Shown here: piece by piece, positions 1-13,034 of the stretch
Position numbering within the stretch: position 1 is the first letter of the stretch
How the letters are laid out: each line of letters starts with the position of its first letter
NCBI RefSeq assembly: GCF_006345805.1
Contig: NC_043006.1
Span: 35,712,001-35,776,000, forward strand
Direction: 5' to 3'
DNA length: 64,000 nucleotides
Origin: Octopus sinensis
Taxonomy: Eukaryota
Made by a program: the position numbers and the translations under genes
The notes under the pieces: model-generated
The model's database searches: none
Seen by the model: the letters and a program-made list of their open reading frames with translations, nothing else
Told to the model about the DNA's origin: nothing

Positions 1-179
1 CGACACTTTTTTTCTCTCTCGTCGTCCACCATAATCCAGCGTTTGCAATACTTTTTTCGTCTGGCGTTAACAGCCCTTCCTCTCTTGTTCTCCTTGTCCT
101 GTCTCTCACTGTTATATATTTATTTTTCCACTGTTTATATATCTATTTTTTACTGTTTATATGTTTGTACTGTCGTTAC

Positions 180-470
180 CGTCTTGCTTTTTTTTTTTTA
201 CCCCTCTGCGAAAAGATCTCAGAATTTTAATTGATTTGCTTTTCGCAGGAAGGAAGTTTTCTTCGAAGTATACGTCTCGCTTTTATCCTTCGACACGTTT
301 AGTAGATGAAACCTTAGCGACTGAAGAAGGGGATTTTTCGTTGTGCTTATTGTCCTGTATCTCTTTTTTTTTTCTTTTTTTTTTTGCTTGTCTTGTTCCT
401 TGGTTTGTGTCTATGTTTTTCGTCTCTCTATGTGTTCGACGTCCTTTTGGTGTCCTGTACACATATATGC
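180..470 (+). mobile_element. Short non-coding repeat, family C (probable retroelement tail), copy 1
   Basis: Shares the blocks CCCCTCTGCGAA..TTCGCAGGAAGGA, CTGA(A/T)GAAGGGGA and GGTGTCCTGTAC with 38260-38520 (-); the CTGA(A/T)GAAGGGGA block is also at 20780-20985 (-). Followed by (TA)n-rich sequence. Confidence 0.6.
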
Positions 471-543
471 GTGTATATGTACATGTAGAGGTAGGTACGT
501 ACATATATGTTTATATATATGCATATGTTCTATTTTATGAACT

Positions 544-575
<32 letters not shown>

Positions 576-716
576 CAGCAAAAAACAATTAAGATTCAAA
601 TGAATTCAAATGAATATGGTACTTAACTTAGATGCACCAGGATTCTTTATGGTATTAACCATAAAATTATGTGGGGTGATTATAATCAACAAAAAAGCAA
701 CAAGAATGGATCGGTA

Positions 717-806
717 GATTAGTACAATTGTTTCATACTAAAAACATTTAATTCCAAGCTGCAAATATTACAGCAAATATAATGTCAAGTATTCATCAGC
801 TAAATC
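717..806 (-). ncRNA. Type I hammerhead ribozyme, canonical core, GUA site
   Basis: Mirror copy of 1102-1179 with 12 extra nt in the helix II loop. Confidence 0.8.
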
Positions 807-1101
807 ACATATAGCTTTTCCATATATTCTTAGAGAGTGTAAATATCCTTATGAAGTTATAGGAGTGAGTTCCATGAATCTGAAGTAAGATTTCAAGCAG
901 ACTATATATGTTTTCCAACAATACAAAGTTTTTATGAGTAGATTTATCTTCTCTGGGATGTTAATAATCATTTTAAAAACTTTGTATTGTTGGAAAACAT
1001 ATATAGTTTGCTTGGAATCTTACTTCAGATTCATGGAACTCACTCCTATAACTTCATAAGGATATTTACACTCTCTAAGAATATATGGAAAACCTATATG
1101 T

Positions 1102-1179
1102 GATTTAGCTGATGAATACTTGACATTATATTTGCAGCTTGAAATTAAATGTTTTTAGTATGAAACAATTGTACTAATC
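1102..1179 (+). ncRNA. Type I hammerhead ribozyme, canonical core, GUA site
   Basis: TTAG-CTGATGA-ATACT..AGTAT-GAAA-CAATTG-TA-CTAA: helix I TTAG/CTAA, helix II ATACT/AGTAT, palindromic helix III ACAATTGT. Confidence 0.85.
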
Positions 1180-1234
1180 TACCGATCCATTCTTGTTGCT
1201 TTTTTCTTGGGTATATATATATATATATATATAT

Positions 1235-1423
1235 AGGGAGAGTTTACCAAAAAAACAAAAGACAAAGACAGATGGTGTACAAAACAAATAGATGTATTAG
1301 TATAACGCTCAGGAACAGAAAAAGTCTTTTACGTTTCGAGCCTACGCTCTTCTACAGAAAGGGACACAGAAAACAAGGAGAGAAAAATGTGTGTAGAAGC
1401 TAACGATCTATCATGGCGTCTGG
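1235..1423 (-). mobile_element. ~190-bp HHR-bearing short element (solo PLE-tail-like), family B copy 1
   Basis: Homologous to 35131-35330 (-) and 53368-53547 (+); 3' end runs into (TA)n. Confidence 0.75.
1326..1361 (-). ncRNA. Variant minimal hammerhead (CUGUAGA-A core)
   Basis: CTTT-CTGTAGA-A-GAGC(GTAG)GCTC-GAAA-CG-TA-AAAG. Confidence 0.65.
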
Positions 1424-1433
1424 TATATATATG

Positions 1434-1478
<45 letters not shown>

Positions 1479-1766
1479 GTGTATGAAGAAAACTCGAAAT
1501 AGAACATGAAAAGGATCAGCAGTAATTGTCAAATATACAGAGAAATCTTGTTATCGGCTATGGAAACCAAATTTCACGATAGTACAGACGATTTGTACCA
1601 GGGAATTTGTAATCCATAAACTTAAAACATACCGAGACTATTATCAGCTGGTCTCCATAGCGAATGAGAGGAGTTGAATGCTGATTTGTCATTAGTTTTA
1701 CCGTTATTCTTTTCCATTTTCCATTTCGATTTCCCATTACAGCGAACTCAGCAACTACGTTGTTGC

Positions 1767-1812
<46 letters not shown>

Positions 1813-2270
1813 ATGTGTGCGTGCATGCATGAGTGTATGTGTGTGTGCATGTGTGCGTACATGCATGAGTGTGTGTGTGTGTGTATACAGCGACTTTTAT
1901 TTCGAAAGGTATAGAAGTAAGCAGGTGTGCATAGTTATGCAATAGAGTAAAATCAAAGCAAAAACGAAAAAAAAGAGAATGGAACCGAGAGAACTTGTAA
2001 ATAAGTAAATGAATGAATGTAAAAACCCAAAAAATTTTTTAAATACGGGTAACTTGTAAGAACAGGGAAAACTCTACTACTTTGTCTGATTTCGAATGAG
2101 CAAAGCAGACGTAAACATGCGTATCCGTACAGCAGTGAGCATGTATGTGTCTATTTATATATTTATGTATACACACACACACATATATATATATATATTT
2201 ATATGTGTATACATGCATAACTATGCATATATATATATGTACCTACGTATATACATATGCCTATATATAA

Positions 2271-2319
<49 letters not shown>

Positions 2320-2360
2320 ATAATATGTATATGTATATGTATATATTTGTATATATACAG

Positions 2361-2406
<46 letters not shown>

Positions 2407-3140
2407 TATATACATTGTGCGTGTGTGTGTGTCTGAGTGTGTAAAGAAACTAGCCAATACAATGGCGAAATATAATACAGAACGAATGAGATCAGAAGGT
2501 AAAAAAAAATCTCGGCAAATCTCGTAATTAAATTGATATTCGTTCGTGTTTTCATGCCAAACATACCATACAGCTTTAATTTCCGGTCAGTTCTTCAGAC
2601 CCTCCAGTAGACGTAGTAGACGTCCATTGTTACCATTTCCTTTGTTCCAGTGATGTAATGTTACTTCTATTTCTTTATATTGTACATCCCTTCGATTCTA
2701 CACACTTGTTTCTTTATCCAACTACCTCCGTGGAACATTTATCCTTTCGTGCCTGTCTCAATTTGTTCTCTCACTCATGCACTTTCACTTTCTTTTTCTC
2801 CCTCACTTCCTTTCATAGCCTTCCCTCTTTGTTAATCTATCCTACCATCTACTTAATAAACACGTATCAACATACATAATCACATCTACGCACACACAAA
2901 TACTCACACACGTGTACTCCCACCTACACATATAACATTTGTACCATTTCTTGTATATTTTCTGTCTATTTATGTTTTTGTTTTCAATCTACATTCCTCT
3001 TCATCCCTCTCATTTCTCTCTGTTTCTAATTACGTGGTTCATATAATTTCACTCTTGATATAATTCTTTATTCTTCCATTCATATGTGCGTGTGTGAGCG
3101 AAGCTATGAATGCATATAACTATATTCTTTTATTGTCTTA

Positions 3141-3345
3141 TTCTTTTACACGTTTCAATCATTTAGACTACGGCCATGCTGGAGCAACGCCTTTAGTCGA
3201 ACAAATCGCTCCCCGGACTCATTCTTTATAAGCTTAGTACTTATTCTATCGCTCTCTTTTGCCGAACCGCTAGCTAACGGGGACATAAACACACCAACAT
3301 CGGTTGTCAAGCGATGGTGGTGGTGGGGGCAAATACAGGCACACA

Positions 3346-3393
<48 letters not shown>

Positions 3394-3618
3394 GACGAGC
3401 TAGCAGAATCGCTAGTACGCGGGGCGAATTGCTTAGAGGTATGTCGTCTGCCGTTACTTTCTGAGTCCACATTACGCCGAGTTCGACTTTGCCTTTCATC
3501 CTTTCGGGTTCTATAAATTAAGTACCAGTTACGCACTGGGGTCGATATAATCAACTTAATCCCTTTGTTTGTCCTTGTTTGTTCTCTCTGTGTTTAGCCC
3601 CCTGTGGGCAATAGAGAA

Positions 3619-3652
<34 letters not shown>

Positions 3653-3815
3653 GACGGACTTCTTTCAGTTTCCGTCAACCAAATCCACTGACAAGGCTTT
3701 AGTCAACCCGAGGTTATAGAAGAAGATACTCGCCGAAGGTGCCACGCAGTGCGACTGAACCCTAAGCCATGTGGTTGGGAAGCAAGCTTCTTACCACACA
3801 GCCACACCTGCGCCT
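3141..3815 (-). mobile_element. tRNA-derived SINE family A, split by a nested SINE B
   Basis: Head with A-box-like TGGCTGTGTGGT and B-box-like GGGTTCAGTC at 3651-3815; tail (GACAACCGATGTTGGTGTG..CCAGCATGGCC) at 3141-3350. Confidence 0.85.
3391..3620 (+). mobile_element. tRNA-derived SINE family B, nested in the internal (TA)n of SINE A
   Basis: Head GGCGACGAGCTAGCAGAATCG and central GCCTTTCATCCTTTCGGG block shared with 4005-4211, 15442-15672, 18127-18300 and 62400-62605. Confidence 0.85.
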
Positions 3816-3848
3816 CATAAATATAATTGTACACACACACACACATAT

Positions 3849-3851
3849 GTT

Positions 3852-3911
<60 letters not shown>

Positions 3912-4231
3912 CAGATGACGATGATGGTGATGATGATGATAATGATAATAACCACAACAAAAACAACAACAACAACAACAACAACAATAATAATAATAAT
4001 TTATTTCTTTATTGTCCACAGGGGGCTAAACATAGAAGGAACAAACAATGAGAGACAAATGGATTAAGTTGATTATATTGACCCCAGTGCGTAACTGGCA
4101 CTTATTTAATCGACCCCGAAAGGATGAAAGGCAAAGTCGACCTCGGCAGAATTTGAACTCAGAACGTAACGGCAGACTGAATACGGCTACGCATTTCGCC
4201 CGGCGTGCTAATAATAATAATAATAATAATA

Positions 4232-4290
<59 letters not shown>

Positions 4291-4352
4291 AAGAAGAAGA
4301 AGAAGAAGAAGAAGAAGAAGAACAAGAAGAAGAAGAAGAACAACAACAACAA
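3849..4352. repeat. Compound trinucleotide microsatellites (TAG, GAT, AAC, AAT, AAG) around a SINE B copy
   Basis: Direct reading; explains the poly-V/S/N/K/R ORFs. Confidence 0.95.
4005..4211 (-). mobile_element. SINE family B
   Basis: Reverse complement of 3391-3620. Confidence 0.85.
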
Positions 4353-4581
4353 CCAACAACAATAACGGACTCACCCATCGAAGACGACATATAGACATTC
4401 AGCTTCTGCCGAACGACCAGCACAAGTGAGTTGTTTATAGAGACCAAATGTATGTGATGCACATTTTCTCATTCTCTCTTCATCAAATCGACGTTACTTA
4501 AAAACACAAGGCAGCCGGTCTAAGAATTGAAATCACAATCGCTAGATCGCGACTGCAACAACCTAAACACGAAGCCGTGTG

Positions 4582-4615
<34 letters not shown>

Positions 4616-4708
4616 GTGTGTGTGTGTGTGTGTTTGTGTGTGTGTATGTGTGTGTGTGTATCTATATATGTACATATATATATAAGAGAACAAAGTGTAC
4701 GTACGTCG

Positions 4709-4750
<42 letters not shown>

Positions 4751-5889
4751 AGATGCAAAATGGGACAAGAACGTATATACACGTATGTAGGTACGTATTT
4801 ATGTGTGTATGTATGTATGTATGCATGCATGTATGGATGTATGTATGTATCATAGTTTTGTATGAGTTACTTTCATTTTATTAGAAACGTTAAGTCCATG
4901 ACATCTATCCTTAGCATATGTAGCCTTTAATTGTTTCATCCGCAAGATGGCGTAATGTTGGAGTGTGTTGCTACTCCTTTATACTGGGAAGTTCTAATGT
5001 GATTGACGTAGATGTTATCGCTACAATTTGAATTTGGACGCTTACTGTCATCCATTATCAGCCAGGTGTTTATTTTTGTTTGTGTGTCGCGTATGCTGTA
5101 TCGGTTTATCGTACTCTGCTGTTATGAGTGAGCTTTCTTCATGCATACATTCACTGTGTAGAGTATAAATGTACTATCTACTAAATTTTCCCATATATTT
5201 TCATGGTTTGTAGTGTAATTCATTTTTATATGATTTTGTTTCCGAGTCAACATTTGAGGCCACTGAAGCGCAAGGGACTATACATAGGAAAAGAAGGACC
5301 TTACAATTTCAAGGTATGTCGATTGAGAGAAAGCTTAAAAGACCGAACAGCACAGACCAGACGTCAATTATACAATGGTGGTGAGTTCCAGAAAACAGCA
5401 GTTCCAGAAAAGAAGCTACTAGAATAAAAAGGCCTTGTGACAAACAGGAAGCTCAATAGAGCAACTATACGCCAGGAAAGTGAAGCAGGTGACATGTTTA
5501 CAGGTATTGACAGAGAGTACTAGATCATAAAGTTAATTAAAATAGTGATACTGGAAATAGTTATTGAAAAGACACATCGAAGATACAGTTCGACGATGAG
5601 TCAAAAGATTCCAGCTATGTAGGGAGAAGAGGACTCATTATGTTAAAAACTCCATTCAGAAGCCGATCAAGCATATAAGAGACATTTATTGTTATTGCTC
5701 TTCGTCATACGTGTGATGACTATGATTGCCATAGCAACAACAATGGTATTTGTAACCTTAATGAAAGCCGTGGTAGAAAGAGTGGCAATAATCATTATGG
5801 TAGTAGAGGTAATGGTTGGTGATGGTCCAAGCAGTCGTTACGGTGACGGTTCTGGTAGTAATACTGTTATTGTTGTTGTTGTCTATTCT

Positions 5890-6455
5890 AACTTAACATA
5901 CCTTCCTTCAAAGGGCATTACAGTGGGGTTAACTCATCTAGGTCGTCCCACAGAACGCCCCATGTAGAGGTTTCGTTTGCGCATATAATAGGATCACAGG
6001 GCGCTGCTCCATATGGTCCCGCAGTTTCCATCCAACTAGGAATATTAGGGTCTCACCCATTGTCTTGTATTCAAGATCCTCTGCATGACATCCTGCTAGT
6101 TCAAAGCCAGGAATCTGATCTGTTAGGTCCTATCAATAACAAGATCCACGCCCAGCTGCCGACACTTATTTCGTTAAGGTTTTGTTTGTCTCCTACCGTT
6201 CGACCTGTCTGGCCTGGTAATACATGCCTGAAGATTTCCCTCCTACCAGCATAGCCCTCTGGGTCAATAGCTCACACAGGCACTTCACCGCAACAGAGTA
6301 CATGTTGAAGTGGCTGTTCACTACACAGTAGTTCTTTCACCCTTTGACGGGTCTTATTTTTCGTCCCGCAGGGTGTTCAGCAATCACTCTCCTCACCAAG
6401 CAAGCTTGTTGGGGTTGCCAGTTTCCTCACCGACGACCCGACCATGCGACAGGTT
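5890..6455 (-). mobile_element. RTE-type LINE 5' region relic
   Basis: First ~110 nt homologous to 58841-58950 (+); contains RTE-5'UTR-like GACCCAGAGGGCTATGCTGGTAGGAG..CCAGACAGGTCGAA. No intact ORF. Confidence 0.5.
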
Positions 6456-7512
6456 GTACTGAGTTACATGTTACCAGTAGCTGGGTGGGGTATAAGGAAA
6501 TATTATCTAATGATTCCTTCTCTTTTAAAGATTATTGGATATGATTTGAGAGAGATTCAGCTACTATTTCAAGCAGGTTGATGGAAATCTCATTAGAGAT
6601 CTTCACATTAACTCGATGCTGATTGCGTTGCTGATAGCGGTGTCGATGGAGAAGTGTTGGCGATAGTTTGTATCAATATTGATGTGGATATAATGAAATA
6701 GCTATTGTCGTTCCAAATTCTAATTGGAAAGAGATGTTGTTTTATAAAGCATGCATTAATTAGAACAGGAGTGCGTTATTACATCAACGTTTATTTAAAA
6801 TCAAAGATAACATAGAGTCTGTTAATTAGAGTCTTTACATGAAATAATTACGTTTGCGTGAGTTATGGTATTGTCTTAGAACATTCTAAAATAGAGTTAA
6901 ACGCTATCACGTTTGAATACGTGTGCTTTAAATTGCAAAACACTGCAAAACACTACAGCTTAATCTTCTCGCTTTGGTTGTATTTATGTAGAGGTATGAC
7001 GTGGAACGGTGTAGAATGACGTGGAATGGTGTAGCATACCATCGAGTTATGTTGCGTGGCACGGTGTGGTGATGTGTGATTTGCTGAGCAATAACTTTTA
7101 ACGACGCCATCTTCAAACGAAATTGTAATTCCAACATGCAAATATCTAGGCAGGGAACCTTCATATTAATCAAGTGTACATTGTTACCACAGTACATTGG
7201 ATATAAACTTGCATTTAAAATACTAACGTACATCAATGGCGTCTTTTTTTGGAGTCAAATGTTTATTGTATCAAACGAAGAGTGAAAAAATAAAGACGCC
7301 ATCCTCGTCATAAAATATGTTGTCAATGTACAAACATGATGGCGTCTTCCCAGAAATTATGTGTATATTAGAGAGAATATGATAACAATGCAGTGAACGT
7401 TTATTACAAAACTGAATTCTTCCGCTGTGTAATCAAATATCTATAGAAATAGTAAAATAATGACTTCACTTGGAAAATATTCGTATAGCAAAATAATAAT
7501 AATAATAATAAC

Positions 7513-7549
<37 letters not shown>

Positions 7550-7558
7550 TAATAATAA

Positions 7559-8855
7559 CAGAACGACTCTATCTGCCAAGAAAAGGGAGGCCGTGGTCTT
7601 TTGCAACTGGCAATAACAATGAAGATTGCTACAATTGGCCTAGACACCTACCTGAAAAACTCTGAGGACTGGATGTTAAAACTGTCTCAAAAAATGAAAC
7701 AAAGAAAAGCATCATACTCAGTCACAAAACAGGCAAAGGAATATCTAAGTGAATTCCGAATACAACCATTTCGGAATTAGAGATAGACATACAAGAAACA
7801 AGCACAGAAAAAGCTAGGCGCATGAAAACCCGTGCCAAAACTGCGGCCTTAGATATTCTGAATAATAAATGGCAAGAAAAACCTCTCTACGGCAAATACC
7901 CAAAGAGAGCGAATAATGCAGATATCGACAAGCCCTGACCCATCAATGGCTAATGGCCTCTGCTTAAAATCTGAAAACAGAGGGGTTTATCATAGCAGCT
8001 CAAGATCAATGCCTACCAACAAGAACTACCAGGCCAACATATTAAAGATCAGAAGCAGTCCAACGTGTCGTGTATGCAAGCAACAAAATGAAACCATTGA
8101 CCATGTGGTCTCCAAGTGCAGTCTTCTAGCGCCTACAGAGTATCTCAACAGGCACGATAGAGCTGCACAATATATTCACTTGGTAATCTGTAAAAACCTG
8201 GATTTGCCCCATGAAAAAAACTGGTGGGAACACAAACCACCCCCAGTGCTTGAAAATGACCACATCTCACTCCTCTGGAACTTCACCATTCAAACTGACA
8301 GGAAGATAGATGCAAATAGGCCAGACATCATATTGAAAGACTTCAAACAAGGAACATGCCTCCTCACTGATATGACTGTCCCAATCGATATAAACGTATC
8401 TGTCAGGACCTACCAAAAACTGAGCAAATATAAAGATCTTGAAATAGAAATCAGCAAAATGTGGAAGCTGAAGACTAAAACAATACCTGTTGTCATAGGT
8501 GCCCTGGGAATGATAGCAAAAGGGGCTGATAGCTACCTAACTCAGATACCAGGAAACCCCAAAATGGCAGAAGTTCAAAGATAGTGCTCATGGGAACTGC
8601 TCATATCCTACGCAAAATACTCTCTATGTAACCTCAAGGTTTAAAACAACCATAATTTTCGGTTTAAAAAAAAAATAAAAAAATAAAAAAAAACTTTTTT
8701 TTTTTTAGACATTCATTAGTACAAACATCCCCACCCCCAAATATATGGCACACTAGGCATAACAACAACATGAACTTCCAACCCTGTTGTCTCTTGAGGT
8801 CTCTGGGTGAGACTTGGAGCCAACTTGTACAAATATAAAGCAAAAGTCAAACATA

Positions 8856-8856
<1 letters not shown>
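7559..8856 (+). mobile_element. 5'-truncated R4/Dong-clade non-LTR retrotransposon (RT thumb, CCHC finger, restriction-like endonuclease), frameshifted
   Basis: RLYLPRK-GGRGL at the 5' break; CRVC..ETIDHVVSKC; RHD; NRPDII..DMTVP..KLSKYKDL; IPVVIGALG; flanked on both sides by (AAT)n. Confidence 0.9.
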
Positions 8857-8947
<91 letters not shown>

Positions 8948-10269
8948 AGACAATAAATGTCTTGTCGTATTAGTGTCTTTTGTTGGATACGTTCAGAAAA
9001 GTTGTAGAATTTATTTAAGAACTGGTTTTAGAGTTCACCCTTCTAATGCAAGTAAGTTAGTTTCTCATTGTGATATTTACTTTTTGGCCTGTAACGTAAC
9101 TTGCATTGTTTTGCAGCTGGCCAATTCGTTAAATTTGGCCTATTTCGTATCGATGAGACTAATTCAATCAGAGCTGACTGAAACTTGTCAGGAATTGGCT
9201 CCCTTAAGTAGCGAAATCATTAAATAACAAACTATCCTAACATTAATTTAACTAATGTTCTCATACAAATGGCGTCTTGTATGAATCCCTCAAATGATTT
9301 TATTTTTCTTCGCCAAACTGTCTCAAATAATGTACCTTGGCTTCATTATTTTTTATCATAAATTCGTTAAGTATTGTAAGTCTTTTCTCTTTTCTCTAAT
9401 AATGAAATAATATCGGAACATATCTGGAGCTGTTCCACGTATCTAGAGAAATAATTTCGATAATATTTATTATTGTTTAATATTATTTTTTCTATTGAAC
9501 TATTATGATGGTCACCACATTATGTATATATTGATATTAACGAAAGTTATGATACGTTACACAAGCTGTCGACATGCACTAAGCTTTATACAGATATCAT
9601 TAAGGAATAAATACCTTCATTAAAATGTAGTGTGATGCACTGAATAGTTGAAGGAGGGGTTGATGCCCCTACCGGGCGAATGCATTTTCTGTACCATTTG
9701 CACATATGATTACTACTGACACGAATATTTAGCTGTTAACTGCGTATGGAATCCATGTACAGCTAGATCTAATCAATTGTAGGTCAAATTAGTTGTATAG
9801 GCTTAACTGAAACAGACTATGTTCATACGACAAAATAGTTTAACGAATTATAGCGAAACTATGCAAAACCAATCATTCTGAAGTAAATTATACATTGAGA
9901 GTTGGGGCCACACTCGCCTTGTTATAACTGAAGTAATGATACGGGTTCGTAAGTTCTTTATATTCTTCTCGAAGATTGTTAGCGTTTGTTTTTAATTAAC
10001 GACTGTAATGAATACATTGACACTAATTATAGGGAATTCAATGTTTATGACAGTTGCCTGGTGTTGGCAGCATTAGAACATTGTGTAGCTTACTTATATA
10101 CATTCATTGATATTACTCAAATTTAACTATATATAGCTGGAAATTTTGCGGCAATTATTCCGGTTATTAACGCATTCTGATTTCAAATCCCAGTAAGGTC
10201 GAATTCGCCTTTTATCCATCAGTTACCAAAAAATAAGAAGACAATTAAGTGCCGAGATACGTTCTTCAT

Positions 10270-10760
10270 TTTGTTTTGCTCTCTTTCTCACTCTCTCTCT
10301 CTCTTTCTCTTTCTCTCTCTCTCTATCTCTTTCTCTCTCTCTCTATCTCTTTCTCTCTCTCTCTATGTCTCTCTCTCTATGTCTCTCTCTCTATGTCTCT
10401 CCCTCTCTGCTTCTCTCACTTTTTCTGTTTTACTCTCCCTCTATCTCTCTGTCTCTCTCTGCTCTACTCACTGTTTCTTTTTTACTCTCCCTTTGTCTCT
10501 CTCTCTCTCCTTTACTGTTTCTCTTACTCTCTCTCTCTCTTCTACTTTCTCTTTCACTATCTTCCCTCTCTCTCTCTCTCTCTTACTTTTCTCTTTCTCC
10601 TTCCCCCTTCTCTCTCTACTTTAATCACTTTCCCTCTGTTACTCAATCACTCTTTTACGTACACCCTCTGTCTCTCTTTTTAGTTTCTCCCTCTTCCTCT
10701 CTTTCCTTCTCTATCTTCCTCTGTCACTCTCTCTCTTTCTCTCTCTCCCTTTTTCTTTTC
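10270..10760. repeat. Degenerate (CT)n polypyrimidine tract
   Basis: Direct reading; source of the SLSL ORFs. Confidence 0.95.
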
Positions 10761-11018
10761 TTCTTTATATCAGAATTTTCCACATTTAACTGTGATACGG
10801 TCGCGGAAAAATGTCCCTTTTCTTCAAAAACCAAACACAAAAGGGATTTTTGTTGTTGTTGTTAAGAAAGGGTTGGCAAACACGCTTCATCTACCAAGCA
10901 AATACAAAAAAAATAGTTATTCAAAGATATCGGAAAACACGACGAGCATGGACGGAGTGATGAGTTGCACAGCATGAAACTGGAAGTAAAAAAAACCAGA
11001 GAAATATAAATAAATATA

Positions 11019-11061
<43 letters not shown>

Positions 11062-11545
11062 ACACCTCATCCTTTGCATCGTTCTTGTCCATAGCAAAAT
11101 CTGTGGCTTTATGCCTAAGTTAGCAATCATTATATGTACCGTAAATTATTCACTGAAATTATCAGTTGTGTGTTTGGATTCGTGGAGGACGAAAATTAAT
11201 TATTTTATTTTATTTTCGACATTCATCCATATTTGATGAGTGAGAAACTCCCATCGTTACCTCTTCGCCTGTTTAGCAAAAAGGGTTGAGCGTGTGGGTT
11301 GCGAGTCCTCCTATTAATATTGATAAAAAAAACTTAATGGATTAGATCACTACAGGTTAGTTAATATTCCAGCGAAAAACAAAGCAAAATAACACGAAAG
11401 AAAAAGCAGTCGGGCGTGATATTCTATAACTTTTGCAGCATTTTGCTGTTTAACCATTTATAACGAAAATAGCGTGCTGCGCTACCATATTTATCTGTGT
11501 GTGTGCGTGTGTGTATGTGTGTGTGTGTGTGTGGTGTGTGTGTGT

Positions 11546-11604
<59 letters not shown>

Positions 11605-12717
11605 TGTGCAAGCGTGCGTGAGATAGAGATAGAATGACTGATAAAAGGTGAGATTGTAAGCGAGAGATGGAGCGAGAGAGACAAAATGTATTCCGCTAAA
11701 ACAAGAAAACAAAGTAATCCGGTTAACTTATCAAAAGATCTTGTATGTTTGTAATAAATTATCATTTATTATTTTTTTGTAGACAGGCATGGTTAAGAAG
11801 CTCATTTCGCATCCACATGGTTTCTGGTTCAGTCCCACTGCGTGACGTCTTCTATTCAAGCCCGTGGCCGACCAATGTGTAGTGAGTAAATATGCGTAGG
11901 TTCACGCGTCTCTAACGTTTATTTCACATCTACACTTTCTTATATCTACATAATTATATTCTGAGGTTAGTATACAATAACGTCAGTTCATTGTTTCGAA
12001 TGCACAAACTGTAAGAGCTACTTTAAGACGCTGCAATATACTTCTGACGGTGACTAAAGCAATTAAAGTTTTTGAAACCTGTCTCTGTTTTCCTTGGGTA
12101 TCTCAGTTTCAAAAGTATTTCGAACCCTAGACTAGGTTTCGCTTGAGTGTTGCAGCGAGGATTAAATTACTATTTACCAACAAAAGGCTTCCTTCGCTGG
12201 TCTCTTGACAACCACAAACACCTTTAACTTTTCTAAGTTGCTATGGTTATCTCCACAATGACCAGATATGCATGAAACCGCCAAGCCAATAACATTCACA
12301 GCCCGCTATGTGTTCACTCACATGTTTCTCATGGGACTTTATCCGTAGCGGAAGGTCTTCTCATATACGAGTCCATTCGAACGAGGTGAATATAACTTAT
12401 GCGGATATACTTTATTCAGTGTTGCTTCGAGCAGTATTATTCATTTACTTTTGGCTTGACCAAGCTTTACATACATCAGCTTAACGCATGCTGTTTTGAT
12501 AAGAATAATTTCATTCTTATCGAGTTCTATGAATGACAGACTTAGTGTTCGTAGCTGACAATGTGAAGAAACGCAGAAATACTAGAGCTATGCTATTGAA
12601 TGACGTCATTTACAGCCCATTTTGTGTTTTCAGACAAGTTTAAGATGAGGATTTTTTCTGGGCTTATCTTCGCAGCGGAATATCTTCTCACGTCCGAGTG
12701 CACTTGAGCATATTATA

Positions 12718-12760
<43 letters not shown>

Positions 12761-12782
12761 CACACACACACACACACACACA

Positions 12783-12828
<46 letters not shown>

Positions 12829-12995
12829 TATATATATATGCAGATGTATATATATATATTAAAAAAATATATAGAAAATAGTAAAAAGTGAAAAAAACTA
12901 CAGAAGGCTTGTTTTAAAAGGTTAAAAAATATATATTTGAGTCAATATGTCTGAAGAATATTATAAATTTTTTTTCTTACAATGACATAGTTTAG

Positions 12996-13034
12996 AAGAA
13001 AGACCGGTTTCGCGTTTAGCTTTTCAAATTTCTT
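12996..13034 (-). ncRNA. Minimal hammerhead, U3-A8 covariant core
   Basis: Exact mirror of 13841-13879. Confidence 0.65.

Larger units (their letters stand above)
691..1205. repeat. Near-perfect inverted repeat (arms 691-934 and 974-1205, 39-nt spacer); PLE-tail-like, one hammerhead per arm
   Basis: The arms are reverse complements with a few substitutions and a 12-nt duplication (GCAAATATTACA) in the left arm; the right end abuts (TA)n. Confidence 0.95.

Noticed and set aside
2570-2605. CTGAAGA..GAAA..AGCTGTA on the minus strand as a hammerhead
   Set aside because: No helix II pairing and helix III is interrupted.
5203-5640. Mixed-composition segment as a gene or LINE ORF
   Set aside because: No recognisable motif in any frame.
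12040-12090. CTGACGG..GAAACCTGTC as a hammerhead
   Set aside because: A9 is G and helix I does not pair.
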